From NCBI RefSeq assembly GCF_000008565.1, contig NC_001264.1, forward strand, positions 1-32,000: a DNA stretch of 32,000 bases, written 5' to 3'. The notes under the pieces are model-generated. The model made no database searches and was not told the DNA's origin. It worked only from the letters and a program-made list of their open reading frames with translations. Positions 8,809 through 22,624 of this stretch are shown one piece after another; the first letter of the stretch is position 1, and each line of letters opens with the position of its first letter. Source of the DNA: Deinococcus radiodurans R1 = ATCC 13939 = DSM 20539. Lineage in GTDB: Bacteria; Deinococcota; Deinococci; Deinococcales; Deinococcaceae. The translations under genes and the position numbers were made by a program.

Positions 8809-9819
8809 GTGCTGTTCTGGGGAACCCTGGTTGCGTTCGTCGCCGTCTACGTTTTTACTTTTGGCAAGCGCGACCCCGACGACCGCTGGGCTTATGTTGG
8901 CTGGCTGTCGGCCCTCCTGATGTGGGCGCTGGGAGACTGGCTGTATGGGCCGAGCGCCCTGAGTTTCCTGGTCTACGGCGGCAGCCTCATCGGCTGGCAG
9001 CGGCGGCAGTGGGTGGCCCTGGGCGGCGCGGCCATCAACGCCCTTTTGATGGTGGGCCGGCTCCTCACGTTGCCGGAGAGGTCGCAGGGTGACTTCATCT
9101 TTCTCCTTTTCATTCTGGCATCGGCCTATGCCAATCACGCCACCTACCGCGGCCTGCGGGCCCGGCGCCGGCTGGCCCAGGTGCAACTGGAAAAGGAAAA
9201 GCTGGCCGCCGACGCCGAGCGTGAGCGCATTGCCCGTGACCTGCACGACCTGCTCGGCCACACCCTGAGCGTCATCGTGCTCAAGAGCGAGCTCGCCGGC
9301 AAACTCGCCGAAAAACACCCCCAGCGCGCCGCCGCCGAAATCCGCGAGGTCGAGCGCATCTCGCGCGAGGCGCTCTCCGAAGTGCGCGCCGCCGTGCAGG
9401 GTTACCGGGGCAGCGGGCTGGCCGCCGAACTCGCCCGCGCCAAGGTGGCCCTCGACGCGGCGGGGATTCGGCTGGTCATCACCGACACCCTGCCGGAACT
9501 TCCCGCCGACCTCGAAAGCACCCTGGCGATGGTGCTGCGCGAGGCGGTCACCAACGTGGTGCGGCACTCCGGCGCCTCCGAGTTGCGCCTGACCCTGCGC
9601 GGGCAGGCAAACGGCTTTCAGTTGACCTTGCAGGACGATGGCCGGGGCGGCGACGCGCCCGAGGGCACCGGCCTGAACTCCATGCGTGAGAGACTGCGCG
9701 CCATGGGCGGAACCTTTGAACGCGACGGGCACACGGGAACGCGTCTGCAAGCCTTCGTGCCGCTGAGTGCCGGAACTGCCGGGCTCAAGGCCCCTGAGCT
9801 GCTGGAGAAAACGTCGTGA
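8809..9819 (+). CDS. Sensor histidine kinase, HisKA_3 (DesK/NarX/LiaS-like) class. The annotated start is downstream of an in-frame TAG (see findings).
   Basis: The H-box is ERERIARDLHDLLGHTLS. The HATPase_c region has N-box-like REAVTNVVRHSGAS and the G-boxes QDDGRGG and GTGLNSMRERL. The stop overlaps the response regulator start (GTGA at 9816-9819). Confidence 0.8.
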   Translation: MLFWGTLVAFVAVYVFTFGKRDPDDRWAYVGWLSALLMWALGDWLYGPSALSFLVYGGSLIGWQRRQWVALGGAAINALLMVGRLLTLPERSQGDFIFLLFILASAYANHATYRGLRARRRLAQVQLEKEKLAADAERERIARDLHDLLGHTLSVIVLKSELAGKLAEKHPQRAAAEIREVERISREALSEVRAAVQGYRGSGLAAELARAKVALDAAGIRLVITDTLPELPADLESTLAMVLREAVTNVVRHSGASELRLTLRGQANGFQLTLQDDGRGGDAPEGTGLNSMRERLRAMGGTFERDGHTGTRLQAFVPLSAGTAGLKAPELLEKTS

Positions 9820-10451
9820 CCCTGCCAGAGACGGGCGCGGGGTCTTCGCCCATTCGGGTGCTGCTGGCCGAGGACCAGACCCTGGTGCTGGGGGCGCTCG
9901 CCGCGCTGCTTTCGCTCGAAGACGACCTGGACGTGGTCGGCACGGCGGCGGACGGGGCAGAGGCGCTGATGCAGGTGCATACGCTGCGGCCCGACGTTCT
10001 GGTGACCGACATCGAGATGCCCCGGCTCAGCGGCCTCGACCTCGCGGAGCGGGTGCGGCAGGAAGCGCCCCAGACGCGGGTGGTCATCGTGACGACCTTC
10101 ACGCGGGCGGGCTACCTGCGCCGGGCCCTGGACGCTGGTGCGCGGGGATATCTGCTCAAAGACGCTCCTTCGCACGAACTGGCAGACGCCATTCGCCGGG
10201 TTCACGCGGGTGGGCGGGCCATAGACGCAGGCCTCGCCGAGGAAATCTGGGATGCCCAGAGCCCGTTGACCGAGCGTGAAATCCAGGTGTTGCGGGCCGC
10301 TGAAACTGGGAGGAGTACTGCTGCCATCGCTGCCGAACTTGGCATCGGTGTAGGAACGGTGCGAAATTACCTCTCCGAAGCCATCGGCAAACTCGGCGCC
10401 GAGAACCGGGCCGAGGCGGCGCGAAAGGCGCGGGAGCGGGGCTGGCTCTGA
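9816..10451 (+). CDS. Response regulator, NarL/LuxR family (REC domain plus LuxR HTH)
   Basis: The REC domain shows VLLAEDQ...DVLVTDIEMPRLSG. The C-terminal LuxR HTH is LTEREIQVLRAAETGRSTAAIAAELGIGVGTVRNYLSEAIGKLG. Confidence 0.9.
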   Translation: MTLPETGAGSSPIRVLLAEDQTLVLGALAALLSLEDDLDVVGTAADGAEALMQVHTLRPDVLVTDIEMPRLSGLDLAERVRQEAPQTRVVIVTTFTRAGYLRRALDAGARGYLLKDAPSHELADAIRRVHAGGRAIDAGLAEEIWDAQSPLTEREIQVLRAAETGRSTAAIAAELGIGVGTVRNYLSEAIGKLGAENRAEAARKARERGWL

Positions 10452-10476
10452 AGTGTGGACTGGGGCTCAACCGTGA

Positions 10477-11979
10477 TTACCCCGCCCGGCACGCCCGCTG
10501 CACCGCGTCGCTCAGACTCGCCAGGGTGGGCTGCTCGGCCAGAATCAGGCGGGTAAATCCGGCTTCGCGGGCGGCGAGTTCGGTCTGCGGGCCAATGACG
10601 GCGGCGGTAAAACTGGTGCCCGCCACCTGCGCGAGTGCGCGCGCTCCCACCGCCGAGGCCAGAGTCACCACTTGCGCCTCCTGCAACTGCTCGCGCTGGG
10701 CCGGGGTCAGCTCGCTGAGTTCGCTGCGGTAGGCTTCGGCGGCCACGTATTCGATGCCCCGCGCGCTCAACGCCATTTCGAGCACCGCGTCGGTGTCCTG
10801 CGAGCCGACGTGCAGCGCAACTTCACCGGGCGCGGCGGGCAGTTCGGCCCCGAGGTGGCGCGAGCCGGAGCGCGTGGGGACGAAATCGGGAGCGAGGCCG
10901 TACTCGCGTAGAGTCCAGGCGGTGCCGCTGCCCACGGCAGCGATGCGGGCGCGGGCCAGCACCCGCAAGTCACGCCCAGCGGCGAGCAGTGTCCGCGCGA
11001 GTGCCCGCACTGCCTGTTCGCTTGTCAGGAGCACCCAGCCATCGAAGCCGTTCAGGGCGCCCACCAGTGTGCGCGGGCTGCTGGCCGGCACGAAACGGAG
11101 CAGCGGAATCTCGCTGACCTGGGCGCCGCGTCCGCTGAGCAGGGCCGCGAGTTCGCTGCCCGTCTGTTCGCGGGTGCGGGTAACGGCCACCTGCGCGCCT
11201 TGCAGCGGCAGCGGCGCCGGGCAAAACCAGTCGAGGTCGTCGTGCAGCGCGGCCACCGCACCCACCACGGTCACGGCGGGCGCGCCCAAGCCGGCCTCGG
11301 CTGCCCGTTGCGCCAGCGTGCCGAGGGTCGCGCGCACCGTGCGCTGCTGCGGCGTGCTCGCCCACTGCACAGCGGCGGCGGGGGTCTGCGGGTCACGGCC
11401 CGCCGCGATCAGGTCCGCCGTAATCTGCGGCAGGTGCCGCACGCCCATCAGAAACACCAGCGTGTCCACCCCGGCGATCTCGGCATAGGCGGCGGGCCCG
11501 TGCCGGTCGGTGCCGGTCAGCACGGCGAAGCTGCGGCTCAGCCCCCGGTGCGTGACCGGAATCCCCGCGTAGGCTGCCGCTGCCACGGCGCTGCTCACCC
11601 CTGGCACGATTTCGCACGGCACCCCGGCGGCCCGGCACGCCAGCGCCTCCTCGCCCCCGCGCCCGAAGACAAAGGGGTCGCCCCCCTTGAGCCGCACCAC
11701 CCGCTGTCCGCCGCCCGCGAGCGCCTCGCGCACGATCAGGTCGTTGATGTCTTCCTGCTTGGCTGAGGGCAGGAACCCGCGTTTGCCCACTTCTACCACC
11801 CGCGCCTGGGGGCAGTGCGCCAGCAGCGCCGGGCTGACGAGCGCGTCGGTCAGCACCACGTCCGCCTGCGCCAGCACCTCGCGGGCACGCAGCGTGAGCA
11901 GGCCGGGGTCACCGGGGCCGGCCCCCACCAGCGAAACGAAAGGAGCGGGCAGCGCGGCAGGCAACGAAACTTCAGACAT
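10477..11979 (-). CDS. cobA: Fused uroporphyrinogen-III C-methyltransferase (CobA/SUMT) and uroporphyrinogen-III synthase (HemD)
   Basis: The N-terminal [18 protein letters not shown]...[13 protein letters not shown] is the SUMT signature. The C-terminal ~250 aa is HemD-like. ATG 11979 has AAGGAGA upstream and overlaps the stop of the upstream cbiX-like gene by 8 nt. Confidence 0.85.
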   Translation of the reverse strand: MSEVSLPAALPAPFVSLVGAGPGDPGLLTLRAREVLAQADVVLTDALVSPALLAHCPQARVVEVGKRGFLPSAKQEDINDLIVREALAGGGQRVVRLKGGDPFVFGRGGEEALACRAAGVPCEIVPGVSSAVAAAAYAGIPVTHRGLSRSFAVLTGTDRHGPAAYAEIAGVDTLVFLMGVRHLPQITADLIAAGRDPQTPAAAVQWASTPQQRTVRATLGTLAQRAAEAGLGAPAVTVVGAVAALHDDLDWFCPAPLPLQGAQVAVTRTREQTGSELAALLSGRGAQVSEIPLLRFVPASSPRTLVGALNGFDGWVLLTSEQAVRALARTLLAAGRDLRVLARARIAAVGSGTAWTLREYGLAPDFVPTRSGSRHLGAELPAAPGEVALHVGSQDTDAVLEMALSARGIEYVAAEAYRSELSELTPAQREQLQEAQVVTLASAVGARALAQVAGTSFTAAVIGPQTELAAREAGFTRLILAEQPTLASLSDAVQRACRAG

Positions 11980-13444
11980 GGGTGACTTCTCCTTGTGCGG
12001 GGGTCTCCTGATGAGAACCCAATTCTTCACGAACGGCGGCGACCAGCAGCGTGCAGGCCTCGGGGCAGGGGAGGGCTTGCGGGTCGCCCGTCAGAAAGGT
12101 CGCGCTGAGCGGCTCGCCCGCCCACAGCGGCGTGCGGAGGCAGCTTGCGCAGGTTTTGTGCCGCGCCTGCGCCACTTGCGCGGGGCTGGCGCGCCTAACT
12201 GCCGCGTACAGTCCGCTTTGCCGCTCGGCAGTGTCGGTCCAGGGAATGACCGGCAGGGTGCCGTTCTCCCAGGCATAGGCTTCCTCCAGCACAGCAGGAT
12301 AAACCGCGTGCAGGGCGGCCCGCAGCTCACTGGTTTCCACTTCGGCCCACCAGCCGCGCGGCAGCGAGCGCTGGGTGCGAATCGGGCGGTGGGTGCCGTC
12401 CGCTGTGCGACCCGTCCAGGCCGATAGGTCACTGAGGGCTACCGTCGTCAAATCGGTGCGGCCTGCGTCCACTTGGGAGCGCAAGTCACAGCGTCCATCG
12501 GGAAGAGGCGTGACTTGCAATTCACCCACGGCGAGGCCAGCTTCACCACTTGAGGCGCGGAGCAGGGCCGCACCCGCCGCCCGCCACGCGGGTTCCTCGG
12601 GGCTGAGGGGCGCGTCCAGGCTGTCTTCCACCAGCCGCACAATCACGCGGGTCACGGCCGGGTGCGTGCCCACCGGACGGCTGTAAAAGACCCGGCGCGG
12701 TCCGCCCGGCAGCTCTGGAAACTCTGTCACGGCCCCAGTCAGGCCGAGGTCGTGCGGGATGGTGTCCTGGGTGTGCCAGCCCTCGGAGGCGAAAAACGGC
12801 ACGATCACCACGTCGGGCGCCCGGGTCAGCGCGGCCCAGTCGTCCACGCGCGGGGCTTGGTCGAGATACAGCGCCTGCACCTCGGCAAAGCGTCCACGGC
12901 CACGCAGGGCAGCGGCGGCCTGTTCGATGGCCTGCTGGCTCTGGCGGTCGCGCCCAGTGCCGTGGCCGAGGACCACCAGCGCGGTGCGGGCGGGGTCCCA
13001 CTCGCCGCACACCTCGGCGGCCCGCGCGGCGATGACTTCGGCCATATCGGGATGCACGCCGTAAGGCCGGGTGTAGTGCACGCGGTGGCCATCTATCACC
13101 GCAGTCAGGCCCCCCGGCGGCACCGGCCCACGCCACTCAAAGCCGAGTTCGCGCGGGATGACGGTGCCGGTGAAATACCCCTCCGACACGAACAGCGGCA
13201 CCACCGTCACGTCACGGAAGCGGGCGAGGCGCAGCAGTTGCCGCAGCGAGGGCTCCTCTTTCCAGGAGCCTTCCAGCACTTCGTCGAACAGCCCCTGTGC
13301 CCGCACTGCCCGGGCGTGACGGCGCACTGCCGCCGCCGAATCCGCGTTCAGATGCGACCCATGACCGAGCAGAATGAGGGTTCGGCCACCATTGGCGGCT
13401 GTACCCGTCGAGACAACTTCAAGTTGTTGACTTGTTTTGTCCAC
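11972..13444 (-). CDS. Sirohydrochlorin chelatase (tandem CbiX/SirB domains) fused to a Cys-containing C-terminal domain
   Basis: There are two CbiX-like units: LILLGHGSH...[11 protein letters not shown] and LVVLGHGTG...[11 protein letters not shown]. The C-terminal ~200 aa carries CASC and CPEAC cysteine pairs. The only in-frame start is GTG at 13444. Confidence 0.75.
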   Translation of the reverse strand: MDKTSQQLEVVSTGTAANGGRTLILLGHGSHLNADSAAAVRRHARAVRAQGLFDEVLEGSWKEEPSLRQLLRLARFRDVTVVPLFVSEGYFTGTVIPRELGFEWRGPVPPGGLTAVIDGHRVHYTRPYGVHPDMAEVIAARAAEVCGEWDPARTALVVLGHGTGRDRQSQQAIEQAAAALRGRGRFAEVQALYLDQAPRVDDWAALTRAPDVVIVPFFASEGWHTQDTIPHDLGLTGAVTEFPELPGGPRRVFYSRPVGTHPAVTRVIVRLVEDSLDAPLSPEEPAWRAAGAALLRASSGEAGLAVGELQVTPLPDGRCDLRSQVDAGRTDLTTVALSDLSAWTGRTADGTHRPIRTQRSLPRGWWAEVETSELRAALHAVYPAVLEEAYAWENGTLPVIPWTDTAERQSGLYAAVRRASPAQVAQARHKTCASCLRTPLWAGEPLSATFLTGDPQALPCPEACTLLVAAVREELGSHQETPAQGEVTHV

Positions 13445-13545
13445 AATGGAAGTTTACATTTTTGATCAACCAAAGGCCCTGCGCCGCTGGGCAGTTGTCC
13501 AGGCGAGGCTTTGCCCCCTCTTTCGCCGCTTTCTCTGGAGCCGCC

Positions 13546-16452
<2,907 letters not shown>

Positions 16453-16556
16453 GGGCCCCGGCTTTCAGAGGCCTTTCTTTTTCACTGATCAATTGACCTT
16501 TCCCATCAACTATCAACCCTCGATCAGCTTCCCCTGACCATCAACGGAGACCCCGC

Positions 16557-17720
16557 ATGACGACCTTCCAAACCGCTCCCGTCACCCTTCCCACGCCTCT
16601 GGGCGGTTCGCTGGTGCGCCGCATCTGGCGGCCCGGTCAGGACTTCGACCCCGCTGAACTCGCGGGCCGGCCCCGGCTGGAGCTGAGCAGCCGCAGTCTC
16701 GCCGACCTCGAAATGATTGCGACGGGAGCCTACTCGCCGCTCACTGGCTTTGTGGGCGAGGCCGATTACCTCAGCATCATCGAGCACTTGCGGCTGGCGG
16801 ACGGCACGCCCTGGAGCCTGCCCATCACGCTGCCGGTCACGGCGGAGCAGGCAGCCGGGCTGAGTGGCCGGGTGGTTCTGACCCACGGCGGCGAGCCGGT
16901 CGGGACCCTCGACATCGAGGAAAAGTATGCCGCCCAGAAGAGCCTCGAAGCCCGTGAGGTCTACCGCACCGAGGAGGAGGCGCACCCCGGCGTGGCGGCG
17001 CTCTACGCCCAGGGCGACGTGTATCTGGCCGGGCCGGTCACGCTGTTCGAGGTGCCGCGCGGCGAGTTTCCCCGCGCCCACCGCACCCCCGCCGAGGTGC
17101 GCGAGGTGATCGAGGCGCGCGGCTGGCGCTCGACCGTCGCCTTTCAGACTCGCAACCCCATCCACCGCGCCCACGAGTACCTGCAAAAAGTCGCGCTGGA
17201 ACTGGTGGACGGCCTGCTGCTGCACCCGCTGGTCGGGCAGACGAAAGGCGACGACGTGCCCGCCGAGACGCGCATGGAAGCCTACGAGGTTCTGCTGCGC
17301 GGTTACTACCCGCAGGAGCGCACGCTGCTGAGTGTCTACCCCGCCGCCATGCGCTACGCCGGGCCGCGTGAGGCGATTGTCCACGCGCTGAGCCGCCGCA
17401 ACTACGGGGCCACCCATTTCATCGTGGGACGCGACCACGCCGGTGTCGGGAGCTACTACGGCACCTACGACGCGCAGGAGATTTTCAACACCTACACCGC
17501 CGAGGAACTGGGCATCCGCATTCTGAAGTTCGAGCACACCTTCTATTGCCAGAGCTGCGGCCAATTGGTCAGCCCCCGCACCTGCCCGCACGACTCCTCG
17601 CACCACCTCGTACTGAGCGGCACCAAAGTGCGCGAGAAGCTGCGTGCCGGGGAGAACCTGCCCCCTGAGTTCACCCGCCCCGAAGTGGCCGAGGTGCTGA
17701 GGAAGGCCTATACCCGTTAA
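16557..17720 (+). CDS. sat: Sulfate adenylyltransferase (ATP sulfurylase, homo-oligomeric Sat type)
   Basis: The motifs [11 protein letters not shown] and GRDHAGVG are present, with a PUA-like N-terminus. GGAGA lies upstream of the ATG. Confidence 0.9.
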   Translation: MTTFQTAPVTLPTPLGGSLVRRIWRPGQDFDPAELAGRPRLELSSRSLADLEMIATGAYSPLTGFVGEADYLSIIEHLRLADGTPWSLPITLPVTAEQAAGLSGRVVLTHGGEPVGTLDIEEKYAAQKSLEAREVYRTEEEAHPGVAALYAQGDVYLAGPVTLFEVPRGEFPRAHRTPAEVREVIEARGWRSTVAFQTRNPIHRAHEYLQKVALELVDGLLLHPLVGQTKGDDVPAETRMEAYEVLLRGYYPQERTLLSVYPAAMRYAGPREAIVHALSRRNYGATHFIVGRDHAGVGSYYGTYDAQEIFNTYTAEELGIRILKFEHTFYCQSCGQLVSPRTCPHDSSHHLVLSGTKVREKLRAGENLPPEFTRPEVAEVLRKAYTR

Positions 17721-17733
17721 AGTCCTGGCCCTC

Positions 17734-17777
17734 GCCGCGTCCTTTCCGCAACCCGGCGGGGGACGCGGCTTCTTTTC
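17734..17777 (+). terminator. Intrinsic terminator after sat
   Basis: The 9-bp stem GCCGCGTCC (17734-17742) / GGACGCGGC (17761-17769) is followed by TTCTTTT. Confidence 0.65.
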
Positions 17778-17805
17778 AGGCCGGTGCGGGCGCATCATCC
17801 TCCCC

Positions 17806-18312
17806 ATGATCGAGCACACCCGCACCTACAGCTGGACCGACCCCGAGTTCGATCCCGAAAAGATCAAACACCTCAGCGGCCTCGAATACTTGCAGGCCAT
17901 CGCACGCGGCGAGATGCCGGCGGCGCCTATCGCCGCCACGCTGGGGATGGAAACGCCCCGGCTCGAAGACGTGCAGGAAGGCCGCGTCGTCTTTCGCCTG
18001 AAGCCGCAGAACTTTCAGTACAACCCCATCGGCAGCGTGCACGGCGGTGTCTATGCTAGGCTGCTCGACTCGGCGGTGGCCTGCGCCATTCAGAGCACCC
18101 TGCCTGCCGGGGCGATGTATACGACCCTCGAACTCAAGGTGAACTACATTCGCCCGCTGATTGCCGGTGGCCCCGAAGTGCAGGCCATCGGAGAGGTCGT
18201 GCATGTGACGCGGCAGACCGGCGTGGCCGAGGGCCGCATTGTGGACGAACAGGGCCGCATCTACGCTCACGCGACCACGACGTGCCTGATCATGCGTCCG
18301 CCCCGGCACTGA
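17806..18312 (+). CDS. PaaI-family (hotdog-fold) thioesterase
   Basis: 168 aa. NPIGSVHGGVYARLLDSA...TLELKVNYIRP is typical of the PaaI/YigI 'uncharacterized domain 1' thioesterases. Confidence 0.75.
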   Translation: MIEHTRTYSWTDPEFDPEKIKHLSGLEYLQAIARGEMPAAPIAATLGMETPRLEDVQEGRVVFRLKPQNFQYNPIGSVHGGVYARLLDSAVACAIQSTLPAGAMYTTLELKVNYIRPLIAGGPEVQAIGEVVHVTRQTGVAEGRIVDEQGRIYAHATTTCLIMRPPRH

Positions 18313-18344
18313 GCTAGGGCATTTGACAAAAGAGACCATGTGAT

Positions 18345-18412
18345 TTTGACCCTCTACCTTGATGGGAGAGGGCCTCGCGCAGCGAGGGGTGAGGGTGTCT
18401 TTTTCTATCTCT
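18345..18412 (+). repeat. GC-rich hairpin repeat (REP/SNR-like), copy A
   Basis: The sequence gaccctctaccttgatgggagagggcctcgcgcagcgaggggtgagggtgtctttttc contains two short hairpins (ccctct/agaggg and cctcgc/gcgagg). It is about 85% identical by eye to 26245-26310. Confidence 0.7.
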
Positions 18413-18417
18413 GGAAT

Positions 18418-18463
18418 CAAAAAAACCGCTGAGCGCCCGTGACTTGGGCCTCAGCGGTTTTTT
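18418..18463. terminator. Bidirectional intrinsic terminator between the thioesterase (+) and 5'-nucleotidase (-) genes
   Basis: An A-run (18418-18425) precedes the stem CCGCTGAG (18426-18433) / CTCAGCGG (18450-18457), which is followed by the T-run TTTTTT (18458-18463). Confidence 0.85.
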
Positions 18464-18471
18464 AACGCTCT

Positions 18472-20045
<1,574 letters not shown>

Positions 20046-20157
20046 AGCCTTCTCAGTATAAAGCCTGGGTTCAGCGCGGCGTCAGCTCCTTCCGGTGACT
20101 GCCCCCTCCGCCAGATGGCTCATGCACCCGCGTCGGCCCAGGCGACACACTGCGATC

Positions 20158-21165
20158 ATGACGACGATTGCTCCCCCTGTTCGGTTCGACCCCGCCGCCG
20201 CGTCTGCGGCCCAACGCCTCGCTGTGGGTCAACTCCTCGCCGACTGTTACGCCGTCGCCTATCCCGAAGACCCGCCGCTGCTGCCGGAGCGCGAGGCCGA
20301 CCTGCTTTTGCAAGTCACCCCCGACGAGGCCAACGACCTGTTCGTGAGCTGGGCCGGGGCCCGGGCGCTGGGCTACACGGCGCTCAATTACAGCCAGACA
20401 CAAAACCTGCACACGGCGCGGGCCCAGCTCCTTGTGCGCCCGGACGAGCGGCGACGCGGGATGGGGCGGGCTCTGGCGGCGGCCCTCACTGAGCGGGCCG
20501 GGGAACTGGGCCGAACGACCATCGTCTTTTTCACCACCAACTTTGCGCCGGCGGGGGAACCCTTCGCCCGTTCACTGGGGGCGCAGGTGCGGCTCGACAA
20601 CCGGACCAGCCGCCTGGAGCTCGCCGCCGTTCCGTCCGACCTTCTGCGCGACTGGCAGCGCCGCCCGGAGGGGGACCCCTACCGCCTGCACCTGTGGGAC
20701 ACCGTTCCCGATGACTACCTGGCCCGCACCGCCGACCTGATGATGGTAATGAACACCGCCCCGCGCGGCAGCGACCAGGAAGACGACTGGGTCGTCACGC
20801 CCGAGCTGGTGCGCGCGCAGGAAGCCGAGAGCGCCGCGCTGGGTGAGCGCCGCCTGTTGCTCGCCGCCGAGGACACCCGCACCGGCGAACTCGTGGGCTA
20901 CACTGAGACGTTCTGGAGCCCCGAACGCGCCGCCCTCGTTTACCAGGGGGCCACCGCCGTGCGCCCCGCCGCCCGTGGGCAACGCCTGGGCAAGTGGCTC
21001 AAGGCCGCGATGGTGGAGCAACTTCGCCGCGAGTGCCCCGGCGCCGTGTGGGTCCGCACCAACAATGCCGAGGAGAACGCCGCCATGCTCGCCATCAACG
21101 TGCAGCTCGGCTTTCAGCCCTGGGCGCAGACGTTGGAATGGGAGTGGAGCGGGGGCAGAGCGTGA
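20158..21165 (+). CDS. GNAT-family N-acetyltransferase with two acetyltransferase-like domains
   Basis: There are two acetyl-CoA-binding R/Q-x-x-G-x-G/A motifs: [13 protein letters not shown] and [13 protein letters not shown]. The start is uncertain (ATG 20158 or GTG 20095). Confidence 0.7.
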   Translation: MTTIAPPVRFDPAAASAAQRLAVGQLLADCYAVAYPEDPPLLPEREADLLLQVTPDEANDLFVSWAGARALGYTALNYSQTQNLHTARAQLLVRPDERRRGMGRALAAALTERAGELGRTTIVFFTTNFAPAGEPFARSLGAQVRLDNRTSRLELAAVPSDLLRDWQRRPEGDPYRLHLWDTVPDDYLARTADLMMVMNTAPRGSDQEDDWVVTPELVRAQEAESAALGERRLLLAAEDTRTGELVGYTETFWSPERAALVYQGATAVRPAARGQRLGKWLKAAMVEQLRRECPGAVWVRTNNAEENAAMLAINVQLGFQPWAQTLEWEWSGGRA

Positions 21166-21677
21166 GCCGCCTGATTTACGTGACTGGCGGCGCCCGCAGC
21201 GGCAAAAGCTCCTTTGCTGAGCGCCGCGCCGCTGCCGCCGGGGGAGAGGTGACCTACCTCGCCACCGCCCAGCCCTTCGACGACGAAATGCGGGACCGCA
21301 TTGCCCGCCACCGCGCGGACCGCCCCGCCGGGTGGCGCACGGTAGAAGAACCGCTCGACGTGCCCCGGCAAGTAGAACAGCTCCGCAGCGACGTGCTGCT
21401 GCTCGACTGCTTGAGCCTCTGGGTCAGCAATATGCTGCTCGCCGACTGGACCGACGAGGCGATGCTGGCGGCGGCAGACCGACTGCTTGCCGCCTGCGCG
21501 GGCGTCCCGACCACCATTCTCGTCACCAACGAGGTTGGGCTAGGCATCGTGCCCGACAATGCGCTGGCCCGGCGTTACCGCGACGTGCTCGGCTGGGTCA
21601 ACCAGCGCTGCGCCGCCGCGAGCGACGAGGCGTATCTGCTGGTGAGCGGGCTGCCGGTGACGTTGAAGGAGCGGTGA
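21162..21677 (+). CDS. cobU: Bifunctional adenosylcobinamide kinase / adenosylcobinamide-phosphate guanylyltransferase
   Basis: [17 protein letters not shown] is the P-loop. It is followed by [29 protein letters not shown] and [29 protein letters not shown], which is collinear with S. enterica CobU as I recall it. GTG 21162 overlaps the GNAT stop (GTGA). Confidence 0.85.
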   Translation: MSRLIYVTGGARSGKSSFAERRAAAAGGEVTYLATAQPFDDEMRDRIARHRADRPAGWRTVEEPLDVPRQVEQLRSDVLLLDCLSLWVSNMLLADWTDEAMLAAADRLLAACAGVPTTILVTNEVGLGIVPDNALARRYRDVLGWVNQRCAAASDEAYLLVSGLPVTLKER

Positions 21678-21716
21678 CTTTGGACTGGCAAAATGGCGAT
21701 GACTCGCCGAGCGGCA

Positions 21717-21896
21717 TTAGGTCAATGGTTCGTGCAGTTTTGTGGTCGTTACAGAGGGCGATCAAGATCTTGCTGTCTAGGACGCCATTTGCGCTCCCCC
21801 ATCCCAACCTCCCCCGCAAGGAGGGAGGGACAAAAAACGCCGTGTTTATCGCAGCTTGGTTAGCTGAATTCCAAAACTGCACGGACTATTGATTAG
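21717..21896. mobile_element. MITE-like / SNR-like non-coding element (~180 bp) with imperfect ~26-bp terminal inverted repeats and an internal GC hairpin
   Basis: The left end is attaggtcaatggttCGTGCAGTTTTG (ending at 21742). The right end is CAAAACTGCACGgactattgattagg (starting at 21871). The 12-bp perfect inverted core has extended partial matches. The internal hairpin is cctcccccgcaaggagggagg, followed by an A-run. There is no ORF with protein-like composition. Confidence 0.6.
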
Positions 21897-21943
21897 GTGG
21901 CGCCATTGCTTAGTGCAGTTCCCTTTGTCAGCCTTCCCCAGCC

Positions 21944-22624
21944 TCACTTCACGTCACTCCAGATCCGGCGCTGCACACCCGGACGGAAGCTGCTGCGCGC
22001 GTTGCAATTTGCCAGATAGAGCGTATCGGTGAAGAGCGGCCTGACGCCCTTCTGAACTGTGACGCGGTGGGCCGAGATACTGCTGTTCGCTTTACCGCTG
22101 TCGCAGGTGTCCAGGAAAGCTTCACTGAGGTCAAGAAACGTCCTGAAGGTGCCGCCAGCCAGAGTGACGACGCTGGCGTTTTCACTGAATTCCCCCATCT
22201 GGGGTCCAAAAGCAGCGAGGAAGAGCAGGTCATCGACGCCATCAAGGTTGAGGTCGCCCACATTGCCAATGCTGTCCCCGATATTTTTAACGACACGTAC
22301 GATGCGCCCACCTTCGTAGACGACCAGGCGGCCGTAATCAGTCCGCATGGGCACAGCTTCGAACGTGTCGCAGAGCATGACGAGGTAAGCCGTCTGCTTG
22401 GCCCCTGCACGGGTAAACGAGCCTTTGATCTCGTCACGGACTTCTCCGTTGCCGCAGGGCTTCGTCCCGGTGAACGCCCGCACCTCGCGCAGGATTCTGG
22501 CCTGCTGGTTGGCTGAAAGCTCAATGGGGTTATAGAACTTTCGGGTGTCCATGACGACTTGCTGAGCACCGGCCAGACCGCTCAGCAAGACCGTACAGAC
22601 CATCGCCTGAAGTGCTTTTCGCAT
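21944..22624 (-). CDS. Hypothetical secreted protein with one FG-GAP/VCBS-like Ca-binding loop
   Basis: The signal-peptide-like N-terminus is MRKALQAMVCTVLLSGLAGAQQ. The loop is GDLNLDGVDDLLFL, and there are several Cys residues. G+C is lower than in neighbouring genes. ATG 22624 is preferred over GTG 22633. Confidence 0.6.
   Translation of the reverse strand: MRKALQAMVCTVLLSGLAGAQQVVMDTRKFYNPIELSANQQARILREVRAFTGTKPCGNGEVRDEIKGSFTRAGAKQTAYLVMLCDTFEAVPMRTDYGRLVVYEGGRIVRVVKNIGDSIGNVGDLNLDGVDDLLFLAAFGPQMGEFSENASVVTLAGGTFRTFLDLSEAFLDTCDSGKANSSISAHRVTVQKGVRPLFTDTLYLANCNARSSFRPGVQRRIWSDVK

Noticed and set aside
6803-9750. Long minus-strand ORFs (6803..7918, 7390..8268, 8674..9750) opposite the ABC transporter and kinase genes
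   Set aside because: They have Arg/Gly/Pro/Ala-rich, motif-free translations typical of antisense frames in GC-rich DNA. The + strand genes carry Walker, ABC signature and H-box motifs.
16453-16556. Possible terminator or regulatory element between cysH and sat (GGCC...GGCC followed by TTTCTTTTT, plus repeated ATCAAC motifs)
   Set aside because: The stem is only 4 bp, and the short repeats are of low information content. I could not support a specific call.
18314-18335. Shared motif CTAG(G/A)GCATT(T/G)GACAAAA at or just after two + strand stop codons (18314-18335 and 27680-27700)
   Set aside because: The match is 16 of 18 positions. My rough estimate is that on the order of ten such 18-mer pairs with no more than 2 mismatches are expected by chance among all position pairs in a 32-kb window on both strands. 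It is not significant without genome-wide support.
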